Positions 47,865-57,154 of a DNA stretch of 64,000 nt are shown one piece after another. A model generated the notes under the pieces. That model was not told the DNA's origin and ran no database searches. It saw nothing but the letters and a program-made list of their open reading frames with translations. Each line of letters opens with the position of its first letter. Within the stretch, counting starts at the first letter, position 1. Source of the DNA: Euzebyaceae bacterium (lineage in GTDB: Bacteria > Actinomycetota > Nitriliruptoria > Euzebyales > Egibacteraceae); contig CAWHJR010000002.1 of assembly GCA_963829805.1 (NCBI GenBank), positions 4,397,418-4,461,417 of the forward strand. The letters run 5' to 3'. A program made the translations under genes and the position numbers.

Positions 47865-48290
47865 ATGAGTGGCATGACCAGCGTGCAGACCGAGGGCATC
47901 GCGCAGGCGCTCGAACGGGCCTACGTGGAAGAGGATTGGGACCGGCTCGGCGAGGTGTACCGACCCGACGTGCTGCTCGACGTCAACGTCCCCCTCTGGC
48001 GGTTCCAGCTCAAGGGGGCCGACGCCGCCGTGACCTGGTTCAAGCAGACGTCGGGCCACTTCCGCGGCTACCGCGTGCCGTGGACCCGCGTCACGGCCTC
48101 CGACGAGCTCCTCGTGATCGAGTGGGAGCTGCGGACGGATGGCGACGACGGCGAGAACCTGTGCCGCGAGGTCGACCTGCTCCGCCTCGACGACGGGCAG
48201 GTCACCGAGCACGTGATCTTCTGCACCGGCATGTGGGACGCGGCCACCGTCGCGCGCCAGCGTGCGGAGGCGCCCATAATCCGCTGGTAG
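47865..48290 (+). CDS. SnoaL-like / NTF2 superfamily protein
   Basis: 141 aa. ...ALERAYVEEDWDRLGEVYRPDVLLDVNVPLWRFQLKG...DLLRLDDGQVTEHVIFCTG. Its stop abuts the next start. Confidence 0.6.
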   Translation: MSGMTSVQTEGIAQALERAYVEEDWDRLGEVYRPDVLLDVNVPLWRFQLKGADAAVTWFKQTSGHFRGYRVPWTRVTASDELLVIEWELRTDGDDGENLCREVDLLRLDDGQVTEHVIFCTGMWDAATVARQRAEAPIIRW

Positions 48291-51284
48291 GTGGGTGCAC
48301 GCCTGGTCGGCCGCGATCGCGAGCTGGAGCTGCTCGGCCAGGCGCTTGCCGACGCCGAGGCGGGGACGGGCCGCGCCGTCCTCGTCAGCGGGGAACCCGG
48401 CATCGGCAAGTCCGCACTGCTGGAGGCCTGGGCCCGGGAGGTCGGCGACCGTGCGCGGGTCGCCGTCGGCCGGTCCAGCTCGGTGGCAGCGCCTCCGTTC
48501 TGGACGTGGCGCCAGGTGCTGGGCGTGCTCGTGCCCGCAGTGGAGCCGCCGTGGACCGCCGCCGCCGCCGGTGCGAGGGAGGCCGTCTTCGCCGCAGTGG
48601 TCGACCTGCTGGCCCGTGCGGTCGAGGAGGGCCCGCCCGTCGTCGTGGTCGAGGACCTTCACTGGGCGGACGGCTCGTCCCTGGCGCTGCTGCGGTTCGT
48701 GATCGACGCGTTGCCCGGGCTGGCCGCCGTGGTGGTCATGACCGCCCGCGAGCCGCTGGAGCCAGGCGCGGCCACCGAGACCGTCGACGATCTTCCGGCG
48801 GCGGTCGTGCGGGTGCCGCTGTCCGGGCTCGACCAGAGCGCAACCGGCGCGATCGTGCGGCAGGTGCTGGGCCCCGCGGTCGACGACGGCACGATCGCGA
48901 CGATCCACGCGCGCACGGGCGGCAACCCCTTCTTCGTCGGCGAGGTGGCCCGCCTGCGGGCGCTGCAGGGCCGGCGGGCCTCGGACGTCGTACCACCCGG
49001 CGTGCGCCAGGTGCTGGGCCGGCGCCTGGCCCGCCTCCCGCAGCGGGTCGTGGGCGTGCTCACGATGGCGGCGGTGTGCGAGGACTTCGACACCGCCTTG
49101 CTGGCGCAGCTCACGGGGCACCCCCAGTCCGAGGTCGGCGAGCAGCTCGACCAGGCCGTCCGGGCCCAGCTCGTGCGCCGCGGCGCCGCGGGCCTGGAGC
49201 TCGCCCACGCCCTGGTCCGCGAGGTGCTGCTCGAGGACCTCGGTGGGCGCCTCGCCGGACTGCACCGCCAGGCCGCCCTCGCCTTGTCGGAGCGCGCCGG
49301 CCCACCGCCACATGCGGCCCTCGCGTTCCACTGGGCGCGCGCGGACGGCGACGACGCGAACGCCCAGGCGGCCGGGCACGGGCTCGCGGCGGCGCGCCAG
49401 GCGGTGCGGGAGACCGCCTACGAGCAGGCGCTGCCGCTCTACGAGCTCGCGCTGCGCGGCGCAGACCCCGCGAGCGACGCGTTGGCGGTCGGCGTGGAGG
49501 CGGGCGAGGCGCAGATCCTCGCCGGCGACCTTCCCGGAGGCCGGGACCGCCTGCGCGTCGCCGCGCGCGCGGCGCTCGAGGAGGACCAGCCCGACGTGGC
49601 CGGCCGCGCGGTGCTCGCGATGGGCGGCGGCCCGGGCGGCTTCGAGGTCGACCAGTCCGACACCGAGCAGGCGGCCCTGCTCCGGCGCGTGCTGGCGGCG
49701 CTGCCGGAAGCCGACCAGGACCTGCGGGCGGCCCTGCTCGCGCGCCTGTCGCTGGTCGCGGCCTGGTCGACCGACGTCGCGTCTCGGGTCGCGCTCACCA
49801 CCGAGGCCCTGGCGCTCTGCGGGGCGGCGACTCCCGCGACCGTACGGGTCGCGGTGCTGGCCGCCTACTGCGACGCGGTCGCCGGGCCGGACGGCGTCGC
49901 GGAGCGCCACGCCGCGGCCACGGAGATGCTGGGGCTCGCGGAGACCTCGGGCGACCTGCGCCTCGTCCTGCTCGCGCGGCGCCTGCGTGTGGTGGCCTGC
50001 CTCGAGCGGGGCGACCTCGCCGGCGCGGACGCGGACATCGCCGCGTACGAGCGCACGGCCCGCATGCTCGACGTGCCGCTCTACACCTGGCCGGTGCCGG
50101 TGTGGCGCGGCATGCGCGCACTGCTGGACGGGGACGTCGCGGCCGCGTTCGCCTGGATCGAGCGGGCAGAGGCCGTGCAGCTGCTGGCGCGCAGCGGGAA
50201 TGCGGACGCGATGGTCTTCACGCTGCGCCACGCGGCGCTGCGCGCCGCCGGCGACCACGCGGCGTCGCTGCCGGCGCTCGAGGAGCTGCTGCTCGCCTAT
50301 GCCGGCTATCGAGGGGTCGAGTGCTTCATGGCCGGCGCCTTCGCCGAGGCCGGCCGCCTCGACCGCGCGCGGGCGCTGCTGGACCGCCAGGTGGCCGCCG
50401 GCCTGGACACCCTCGACCGCGACTCGGAGTTCCTGGAGTTCGTGTGGCAGGCCGGCACCGCCGCGATCCTGCTGGGGGACCAGGCCGCGATGCGGTCGGC
50501 CTCCGAGGTGCTCGAACCGTACGCCGACCTCTGGGCTGTCGACGGCATCGGCGCGGCGGTGTTCGGCGTGGTCGCGCAGCAGCTGGGCGTGCTCGCCCGC
50601 CAACTCGGCGACCGCGCAGCAGCGCGGCGGTGGCTCGAGGCCGCGCTCGCACGCCACCGTGAGGCCGGCGCGCCGGCCCTGGTCGTCGCGACCGAGGCCG
50701 AGCTCGCCGCGATCGGCGCGCAGCGAGCCCCGAGCCCCGCGCCCGAGCCGGCCCGCTTCGTCCGCGAGGGCGCGGCCTGGCGCGTCGCCTGGCGGGGAGC
50801 CGAGGCGGTGGTGGCGGACTCCAAGGGCATGCACGACCTCGTCACGCTGCTCGTGCGGCCCGGCGTGGAGGTCGACGTCCTGGACCTGGTCGGACGCGAC
50901 CGCGCGGTCCGCGACGCGGGCGACGCCGGGCCCGTGCTCGACGCGGCCGCCAAGCGCGCCTACCGGCAGCGCCTTGCCGAGCTCGACGAGGACATCGCCG
51001 ACGCCGAGGCCGACGCCGACCTCGGCCGCCTCGCGGCCCGCCGGGAGGAGCGCGACCTGCTGTTTCACGAGCTCAGCGCGAGCCTGGGTCTGGGCGGCCG
51101 CTCGCGGCGGCTGGGCGACCAGCGCGAGCGGGCTCGCAAGGCTGTCGGCATGCGCCTGCGCACCGCCTTGGACGCGATCGCAGCCGCCCACCCGAGCCTG
51201 GGCCGCCACCTGCGCAACTCCATCAGCACCGGCGGCTTGTGCTCCTACCAGCCCGAGCAGCCCGTCACCTGGGCCACCTCGTAG
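48291..51284 (+). CDS. P-loop NTPase (AAA/STAND-like) with helical repeats and no recognisable HTH
   Basis: GTG 48291. LVGRDRELELL...GEPGIGKSALLEA...VEDLHWADGSSL is paralogous to the N-terminus of 42641..45571. The C-terminal ~230 aa (FVREGAAWRVAWRG...GMHDLVTLL...LGRHLRNSISTGGLCSYQP) is a module I recognise only as uncharacterised. Confidence 0.75.
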   Translation: MGARLVGRDRELELLGQALADAEAGTGRAVLVSGEPGIGKSALLEAWAREVGDRARVAVGRSSSVAAPPFWTWRQVLGVLVPAVEPPWTAAAAGAREAVFAAVVDLLARAVEEGPPVVVVEDLHWADGSSLALLRFVIDALPGLAAVVVMTAREPLEPGAATETVDDLPAAVVRVPLSGLDQSATGAIVRQVLGPAVDDGTIATIHARTGGNPFFVGEVARLRALQGRRASDVVPPGVRQVLGRRLARLPQRVVGVLTMAAVCEDFDTALLAQLTGHPQSEVGEQLDQAVRAQLVRRGAAGLELAHALVREVLLEDLGGRLAGLHRQAALALSERAGPPPHAALAFHWARADGDDANAQAAGHGLAAARQAVRETAYEQALPLYELALRGADPASDALAVGVEAGEAQILAGDLPGGRDRLRVAARAALEEDQPDVAGRAVLAMGGGPGGFEVDQSDTEQAALLRRVLAALPEADQDLRAALLARLSLVAAWSTDVASRVALTTEALALCGAATPATVRVAVLAAYCDAVAGPDGVAERHAAATEMLGLAETSGDLRLVLLARRLRVVACLERGDLAGADADIAAYERTARMLDVPLYTWPVPVWRGMRALLDGDVAAAFAWIERAEAVQLLARSGNADAMVFTLRHAALRAAGDHAASLPALEELLLAYAGYRGVECFMAGAFAEAGRLDRARALLDRQVAAGLDTLDRDSEFLEFVWQAGTAAILLGDQAAMRSASEVLEPYADLWAVDGIGAAVFGVVAQQLGVLARQLGDRAAARRWLEAALARHREAGAPALVVATEAELAAIGAQRAPSPAPEPARFVREGAAWRVAWRGAEAVVADSKGMHDLVTLLVRPGVEVDVLDLVGRDRAVRDAGDAGPVLDAAAKRAYRQRLAELDEDIADAEADADLGRLAARREERDLLFHELSASLGLGGRSRRLGDQRERARKAVGMRLRTALDAIAAAHPSLGRHLRNSISTGGLCSYQPEQPVTWATS

Positions 51285-51371
51285 CCGCCGGCTGGCATCG
51301 CCACGCCGGGGATGGCGCCCCTGGGTCGTGGACCGGGCACCCGGCCCGGACCAGCCTGGAGGAGGGCGACC

Positions 51372-52466
51372 ATGACCATGACCGAGATCGACACCAACGC
51401 GGCCGAGGCCGTCAGCGGACGGCTGTTCGGCGACGCGCTCGGCGGCTTCCACCTGCTGTGCGTGCACCTCGGGCACGAGCTGGGCCTGTTCCGCGAGCTG
51501 GACGACGCCGGCCCGCTGACGGCCGCCGAGCTGGCCGCACGCCGCGGGCTGGACACCTGGTACGTGCGCGAGTGGCTCCAGGCCGAGCGCGTCGCCGGCC
51601 TCGTCCAGACCGACGGCGACACCGTCGACACGGGGGCCTTCGCCCTCGCCCCGGGCGTGCGCGAGGCGCTCGTCGACCCGGTCAGCCCCTTCAACGTGGC
51701 CGGCCTGGCATCGGCGATCGGCGCGATCGGCATGGTCACCCCGCGGCTGCTGTCCGCATTCGGCTCCGGCGACGGCGTGGCCTACGAGGCGTACGGATCC
51801 GTCGGCGTCGCGACCATCTCGGCCCTGAACCGCCCGGCGTACGCCAACAGCCTCGTCCCCGAGTGGCTCCCGGCTGTGCCCGACCTCCTCGCCCGGCTCA
51901 GCGACACCACGGCGCCCGCGGTCGTCGCCGACATCGGCTGCGGCGCGGGCTGGGCCGCGATCGAGCTGGCTGCCGCCTTCCCGCACCTGCGGCTCGTCGG
52001 GTACGACAGCGACGAGCAGTCCATCGCCGGCGCTCGAGCCAACGCCGCCGCGCGCGGCGTCACCGACCGCGTCGACTTCGAGGTGCGCGACGTCTCCCGC
52101 GCCTACCCCTCGGAGGCCCGGTTCGACGTCGTGGTCTTCTTCGAGTGCCTGCACGACCTCGGCCATCCCGCCGAGGCCCTCGCGGCTGCCCGCGACGCGC
52201 TGGCGCCGGGCGGTTTCGTGCTGGTGATGGAGGAGAACGTCAGCGAGGAGATGGCCCCGGCTGGTGACGCGCTGGAGACGTTCTTCGCCACGGTCAGCGT
52301 CCTGTGGTGCCTGCCTCAGGGCCGGGTCGAGCCCGGCGCGACCCCTGTCGGGACCGTGATCCGCCCCTCGACCGTCGCGGCGCTCGCCGCCAAGGCCGGG
52401 TTCGCCGGCGTCGAGGACCTGCCGATCGAGCACCCCTTCTTCCGCTTCTACCGGCTGGTCGCCTGA
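51372..52466 (+). CDS. class I SAM-dependent methyltransferase (Rv2258c-like, N-terminal winged-helix)
   Basis: ATG 51372 after GGAGGAGGG. ...LGLFRELDDAGPLTAAELAARRGLDTWYVREWLQAE...VADIGCGAGWAAIELA (motif I)...VVFFECLHDL. Confidence 0.8.
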   Translation: MTMTEIDTNAAEAVSGRLFGDALGGFHLLCVHLGHELGLFRELDDAGPLTAAELAARRGLDTWYVREWLQAERVAGLVQTDGDTVDTGAFALAPGVREALVDPVSPFNVAGLASAIGAIGMVTPRLLSAFGSGDGVAYEAYGSVGVATISALNRPAYANSLVPEWLPAVPDLLARLSDTTAPAVVADIGCGAGWAAIELAAAFPHLRLVGYDSDEQSIAGARANAAARGVTDRVDFEVRDVSRAYPSEARFDVVVFFECLHDLGHPAEALAAARDALAPGGFVLVMEENVSEEMAPAGDALETFFATVSVLWCLPQGRVEPGATPVGTVIRPSTVAALAAKAGFAGVEDLPIEHPFFRFYRLVA

Positions 52467-52504
52467 CGACGCCGGGCTGCCAAGGGGGACTGTCGTTCGG
52501 TGCG

Positions 52505-53971
52505 TCAGGGGCGCCAGACCGCGCCGTCGGCGTGGTAGCGCTCGATGTTGGTCGGCGGCTCGACGGTCCGGTCACCGGTGGGGCTGGCGCCGCCCCACAC
52601 GAAGACCGCCGTGTCGCCGACCACGGCCACGGCGCGGCCGCGGCGGGTTGGGGTGTCGGCGTCGGGCAGCGGTTGCCAGTCGCCGCCGGGGGCGCGGACG
52701 AGGCCGCCCAGCGGCATGACCTCGCCGGGAGGGCCGCCGTCGGCGATGCGCACCGTGAGATCCCCGACGCTGACCTGCTCCCACAGCCACGGCGACTCGA
52801 TGGCGGGGTCTTCGACACCGATCCACGTCGCGGTCTCGGCGTCGTAGACGGCCGCACCCGAACCGGTGTACGCGACCAGCCAACCGCCATCCGCGAGCAC
52901 GTCGTGCGTGCCGGCCGGCGGCGCCGGGAGCGCTTGCCAGGCGCCGGCCGCGACGTCGTAGCGCGCCGCGCGCCGACCGTCGCTGACGAGGAACCCGCCG
53001 TCGTCGACGGTCGCGGTCACGTGGTCCCCAGACGACAGCGGCGCATCTGCGAGCCGCGTCCACGTGTCGCTCGCCGGGTCGTAGAGGCCACCCTCGCCCG
53101 CCCAGGCCAGGAGCCGGCCGTCAAGGTCGGCCAGCACTGCGGCCCCCGACGGGGTGAAGGGCGCTGCCGCCATCGGCGTCCAGCCCGACCCCGGCGTCCA
53201 CACCGCGCCGTCCGCCGCACCGCCTCCGCCCCAGACGACCAGCTGGTCGGCGACCCAGGCGACGCCCGCCTCGACGCGGGGACTGAGCGGCGCTTCACCG
53301 GTGGCGGTCCACTCCCCGGTCGCGGCGTCGAAGAGGGCCGCGGCGAACAGGTCGGGGCCGCCGGCCCACATGCGCCAGGCCAGCGCGCGCCCATCGCCGG
53401 CGGGAATCGCCGCCAGGTGCTGCGACCCGCCCGGGGCCAGGTCGATCGGGACGTCGGAGAGCGCGGTCCAGGCGCGTGCGGCCAGGTCGTAGCGCGCGGA
53501 CTGGGGGTAGGCCGTCATGGCGCTCGCGCCGGGCGCTGCGCCCCCCACGACCAGCACGGTGCCGTCCCCGAGGTCGATCGCGCTGGCGTACTCCACGGGC
53601 TGCAGCGGCGCGTCGGGCACGCTCTCCCAGCTGCCGATCGCGTCCTGCCCGGTCTGGCCCGATGACGCGTCGGGCGCGGCGTCCGTCGCAGGCCCGGACG
53701 GCAGCGCGACGGGTGGCAGCTCCTCGGACGGGAGCTCCGGGACTTGCAGCCCTGCAGGGGCCGGGCCCAGGGTGACCGCCCGCTGGTCCCCCGGCAGCAA
53801 GGTCAGCCCCGCGGTCCCGAGCAGCGCCAGCGCGGCCAAGCCCGCGGCCGCCTGGGTCGCCAGCACGCGCACGCGCCGGCTGCGGCCCGCGCGGATCACG
53901 AGGTCGACGTCGAGGTCGGCGACGCGGCCGTCCGCGGCGCGCGACAGGACGGTGCGGAGATCAGTGGGCAT
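52505..53971 (-). CDS. single-pass membrane protein with extracytoplasmic Kelch-like beta-propeller (candidate anti-sigma factor)
   Basis: ATG 53971 overlaps the sigma gene stop by 11 nt. TM segment ATQAAAGLAALALLGTAGLTLL. Repeated ...VVGG..., ...VVWGGGG..., ...FVWGGAS... plus Trp-containing blades. Confidence 0.55.
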   Translation of the reverse strand: MPTDLRTVLSRAADGRVADLDVDLVIRAGRSRRVRVLATQAAAGLAALALLGTAGLTLLPGDQRAVTLGPAPAGLQVPELPSEELPPVALPSGPATDAAPDASSGQTGQDAIGSWESVPDAPLQPVEYASAIDLGDGTVLVVGGAAPGASAMTAYPQSARYDLAARAWTALSDVPIDLAPGGSQHLAAIPAGDGRALAWRMWAGGPDLFAAALFDAATGEWTATGEAPLSPRVEAGVAWVADQLVVWGGGGAADGAVWTPGSGWTPMAAAPFTPSGAAVLADLDGRLLAWAGEGGLYDPASDTWTRLADAPLSSGDHVTATVDDGGFLVSDGRRAARYDVAAGAWQALPAPPAGTHDVLADGGWLVAYTGSGAAVYDAETATWIGVEDPAIESPWLWEQVSVGDLTVRIADGGPPGEVMPLGGLVRAPGGDWQPLPDADTPTRRGRAVAVVGDTAVFVWGGASPTGDRTVEPPTNIERYHADGAVWRP

Positions 53972-54467
53972 CTGCGAGCTCCTCGAGCAGTCCGCCGCTC
54001 CGGCGGAGGCTGACGATGGCCTGGTGGGTGAGGGCGCGCACCGTGCCTTCGGTGCAGCCCATGAGCGCGGCGACCTCGGCCGCGGGCAGGTCGGCGTAGT
54101 AGCGCAGCACCAGCGCCGTGCGCTGCCGATCGGGCAGCGCGCGGACGGCGGCGCGGACGGCGAGCCGGTCGGCATCGTCGGCGGGGCCGGCCGCCAGCGG
54201 CGCCCCGTGCCGCTGGCGGGCCCGACGCTCCGCCGCCATGCGGCGCAGCGTCGACCGCGCGAGGTTCAGCGCCACCGTCGTGACCCACGCCTGCGGGGAC
54301 GCGGCCCGCGACACGGTCCGCCAGTGCTGGCACGCCCGGATCAGCGCCTCCTGCGCCAGCTCCTCGGCGACGCCGCGGTCACCGACCTGCAGCGTGAGGA
54401 CCCCGAGAAGTCGCGGGTGCTGCGCGCGGCAGAACGCGGCCATCGCGGCGTCGTCCTCACCCTTCAC
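53961..54467 (-). CDS. ECF-type sigma-70 family RNA polymerase sigma factor
   Basis: GTG 54467 after GGAAGGAG. Region 2 (EELAQEALIRACQHW...WVTTVALNLARS) and region 4 (LPDRQRTALVLRYYADLPAAEVAALMGCTEGTVRALTHQA). Confidence 0.85.
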   Translation of the reverse strand: MKGEDDAAMAAFCRAQHPRLLGVLTLQVGDRGVAEELAQEALIRACQHWRTVSRAASPQAWVTTVALNLARSTLRRMAAERRARQRHGAPLAAGPADDADRLAVRAAVRALPDRQRTALVLRYYADLPAAEVAALMGCTEGTVRALTHQAIVSLRRSGGLLEELADAH

Positions 54468-54655
54468 GCACCGGCTCCTTCCCTCGGCCTGCACCCCTAG
54501 GACGCACGAAGGGCCCGTGCCGTGTAGGCCCTACCTCGCCCAGGACGCACCCGGGCCTACTCTCCGGCGTCACATGGGACGGGGCGGCTCGTTACTCCAG
54601 GTGCAGCCGGCAGCGTTGGACGCCGGTACGCACAACCGCACAGGGGTAGCGCGCC

Positions 54656-54896
54656 ATGGACGACGTGAACCGGGTGACGGACAGCCGAGGCCACCCAGGT
54701 CGCGTACGGGCTCTTCCTGCTGGTCGGCCCGAACGAGGCGGCCGAGCACCTCATCGCCATCTACGGGTGGGACCGCGCCTTTCAGACGTTGAACGCGATG
54801 ACCGACGACGAGGCCGCCGCCGCCGCGTGGGCGGCCGTCACCTCGCTGCGCGGCGACGACGGCGCGCGGGATCGGGGCACCGACCGCTGGCGCTGA
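54656..54896 (+). pseudogene. small hypothetical ORF with apparent +1 frame change near 54680-54700
   Basis: ATG 54656 opens MDDVNRVT. From 54678 to the TGA at 54894 a different frame shows near-perfect GC3 (...VAYGLFLLVGPNEAAEHLIAIYGWDRAFQTLNAMTDDEAAAAAWAAVTSLRGDDG...) but has no start codon of its own. Confidence 0.3.
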
Positions 54897-57154
54897 GCGT
54901 CCTCGCGGCGCTCTTCACCGGGCTGGCTCTCGCAGCCGGGACCGTCACCGCCGACGTCAGCGACACCACGACGGTCGGCGGGTCGACGACGGCCGAGGTC
55001 GCACTCTCGCTCTCCCGCACCTCGCCGGTGAGCCATGCCGACGCGGTCGTGATCGCGCGCGACGACGCGTTCCCCGACGCGCTCAGCTCCGGCGTCCTCC
55101 AGGCCGACTCCCCGCTGCTGCTGGTGCCCTCCCAGGGCCCGGTGCCCCCAGGTGTCGCGAACGAGCTCGTCAGACTGGGCGCCACCCACGCCACGATCCT
55201 GGGCGGCACCGCCGCCGTCAGCGCGGAGGTCGAGGCCGAGCTCGTGGCGCTGGGCCTCACCGTCGCGCGCCTCGCCGGCGCGGACCGCTTCGCCACCGCG
55301 GTCGCGGTCGCGCAGGCCAGCCCCGTCGAGGCCGACACCGCCCTCCTCGTCCGCGGCAACGCCGACGCGGCCGACCCCACCCAGGCGTTCGCCGACTCCC
55401 TCCCGGCCGGCGGCGTCGCGGCGCGCACCGGCTGGCCCGTCCTGCTGACCAGCGCCGACGCGCTGACCGAGACCACGGCCGCCTTCCTGCGCGAGACCTC
55501 CATCGACCACGTCGTGATCGTGGGTGGCACCGCCGCGGTGTCGGAAGCCGTCGAGGTGGACCTCAACCGGCTCGGCGTCACCACGCAGCGCGTCGCCGGC
55601 GCCGATCGCTTCGCGACTGCCGCCGCGCTGGCGACCGCGGTGGACGGCGCGACGAGCGCCGCCCAGCTGCCCCACGTGATCCTCGCCGAGGCGACGACGC
55701 CCGAGGCCTGGGCCGGGGGCTTCGCCGCGGCGAACCGGGCCGCCGTCCTGCATGCGCCGATCCTCACCACGAGCGCCGACCACCTGGCCGACGCGACCCG
55801 CTCCTTCCTGACCGCGCCCGACCCGGCCGCCGGCGCGCTCGACCCCACCGCCGGCCCGGTGCTGACCTGCGTGCAGCTCGCCGCCGCCTGCGAGGAGGCC
55901 CGCGTCGCGGCCAGCCTCCCGCCGGCGCCTGTCGTCACGGTGGACGTGCCCGAGCACGCCGACCTCGCCGCGGGCCAGCTCGTCCACGTCACGGTGACGG
56001 GCCTGCCGCAGGGCCGTGCCGACCTCGCCGGCACCTGCATCCACCCGCAGGGCGCCGACGTCGTCGACGGCGCCGTCATCGCGGCCACGGTCGTGCCCGG
56101 GCCCGTCCCGCGCCCCTGCGCGGTCAGCACCACGATCGCGCTGGGCCCGGGAAGCACGCAGACCACCACCTGGACGTTCAACGACCGCCTGCGGACGTTC
56201 ACGCTGGCCGCCACCGGCGACATCCTCATCCACGAGGACGTCACCGCCCACGCCCGCCAGCCCGACGGGCGCCTGGACTTCGGCGTGCTCCTCGGCGAGG
56301 TCGCACCCTTGATCAGCGCCGCCGACGTCGGCCTCTGCCACCTCGAGGTGCCGCTCACGACCGACCACGGCGACCTCCAGGGCTATCCCACGTTCAACGC
56401 GCCGGCCGAGGTCGCCGCCGGCATCGCCGCCACCGGCTGGGACGTCTGCTCGACCGCCTCCAACCACAGCCTGGACCAGGGCTTCAACGGTCTCGCGCGG
56501 ACGCTCGACATCCTCGACGCCAACGGCGTCCCGCAGCACGACGGCACCGCGCGCACCCCCGAAGAGGCCATCGCGCCGGTGCTCCGCGACGTCGCCGGGG
56601 TCCGGGTCGGCTTCGTGTCCGCCACCTACGGCACGAACGGCATCCCGCTCCCCTCCGGCCGCGCATGGTCCGTGAACCTCATCGACGACGCCGCGATCGC
56701 CGCCGACGCGCAGCGCGCCCGCGACGCCGGCGCCGAGGTCGTGGTCGTCAGCCTGCACTGGGGCAACGAGTACAGCCACGACCCCAGCGTCTACCAGGCC
56801 CGCCACTCCGAGGCGATCACGGCCACCGGCCTCGTCGATCTCATCGTCGGCCACCACGCCCACGTCATCCAGCCCGTCGTCTCAGTCAACGACGTCCCGG
56901 TCGCCTTCGGCATGGGCAACTTCCTCTCCGGCCAGTTCCAGTCCCCCGACCGCAGCGACGGCGTGGTCCTGCAAGCGACGTTCACCGAGACCGCACCCCG
57001 CGTCTTCTCGGTCGCGATCGACTGGACCCCGACCCGCGTCGACCCGTCGACGTACCACGTCAGGCCGCTGAGCGACCCCCAGACCGCCGCCGACCAGGCC
57101 TCCGCTGCGCGCACCGACTCCTACCTCACCTGGGACGGCCGGCGCCTACCCTGA
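54827..57154 (+). CDS. secreted CWB2 cell-wall-binding repeat protein fused to a CapA (poly-gamma-glutamate capsule synthesis, metallophosphatase-like) domain
   Basis: Frame of track ORF 54656..57154. GTG 54827 gives a basic n-region (RRRRR) plus LALSVLAALFTGLALAAGTVTA|D. CWB2 units end in GADRFATAVAVAQA and GADRFATAAALATA. The C-terminus ...LCHLEVPLT...CSTASNHSLDQG...VSLHWGNEY...VGHHAHVIQP is CapA-like. The start is uncertain. Confidence 0.72.
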   Translation: MGGRHLAARRRRRAGSGHRPLALSVLAALFTGLALAAGTVTADVSDTTTVGGSTTAEVALSLSRTSPVSHADAVVIARDDAFPDALSSGVLQADSPLLLVPSQGPVPPGVANELVRLGATHATILGGTAAVSAEVEAELVALGLTVARLAGADRFATAVAVAQASPVEADTALLVRGNADAADPTQAFADSLPAGGVAARTGWPVLLTSADALTETTAAFLRETSIDHVVIVGGTAAVSEAVEVDLNRLGVTTQRVAGADRFATAAALATAVDGATSAAQLPHVILAEATTPEAWAGGFAAANRAAVLHAPILTTSADHLADATRSFLTAPDPAAGALDPTAGPVLTCVQLAAACEEARVAASLPPAPVVTVDVPEHADLAAGQLVHVTVTGLPQGRADLAGTCIHPQGADVVDGAVIAATVVPGPVPRPCAVSTTIALGPGSTQTTTWTFNDRLRTFTLAATGDILIHEDVTAHARQPDGRLDFGVLLGEVAPLISAADVGLCHLEVPLTTDHGDLQGYPTFNAPAEVAAGIAATGWDVCSTASNHSLDQGFNGLARTLDILDANGVPQHDGTARTPEEAIAPVLRDVAGVRVGFVSATYGTNGIPLPSGRAWSVNLIDDAAIAADAQRARDAGAEVVVVSLHWGNEYSHDPSVYQARHSEAITATGLVDLIVGHHAHVIQPVVSVNDVPVAFGMGNFLSGQFQSPDRSDGVVLQATFTETAPRVFSVAIDWTPTRVDPSTYHVRPLSDPQTAADQASAARTDSYLTWDGRRLP

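Noticed and set aside
47343-52433. 1696-aa minus-strand ORF, the longest in the track
   Set aside because: Its composition is Arg/Gly/Asp/Pro-dominated and low-complexity with no recognisable domain. It lies antisense to five plus-strand genes that have clear family motifs and proper SD/start signals. This is a typical long antisense ORF of high-GC DNA.
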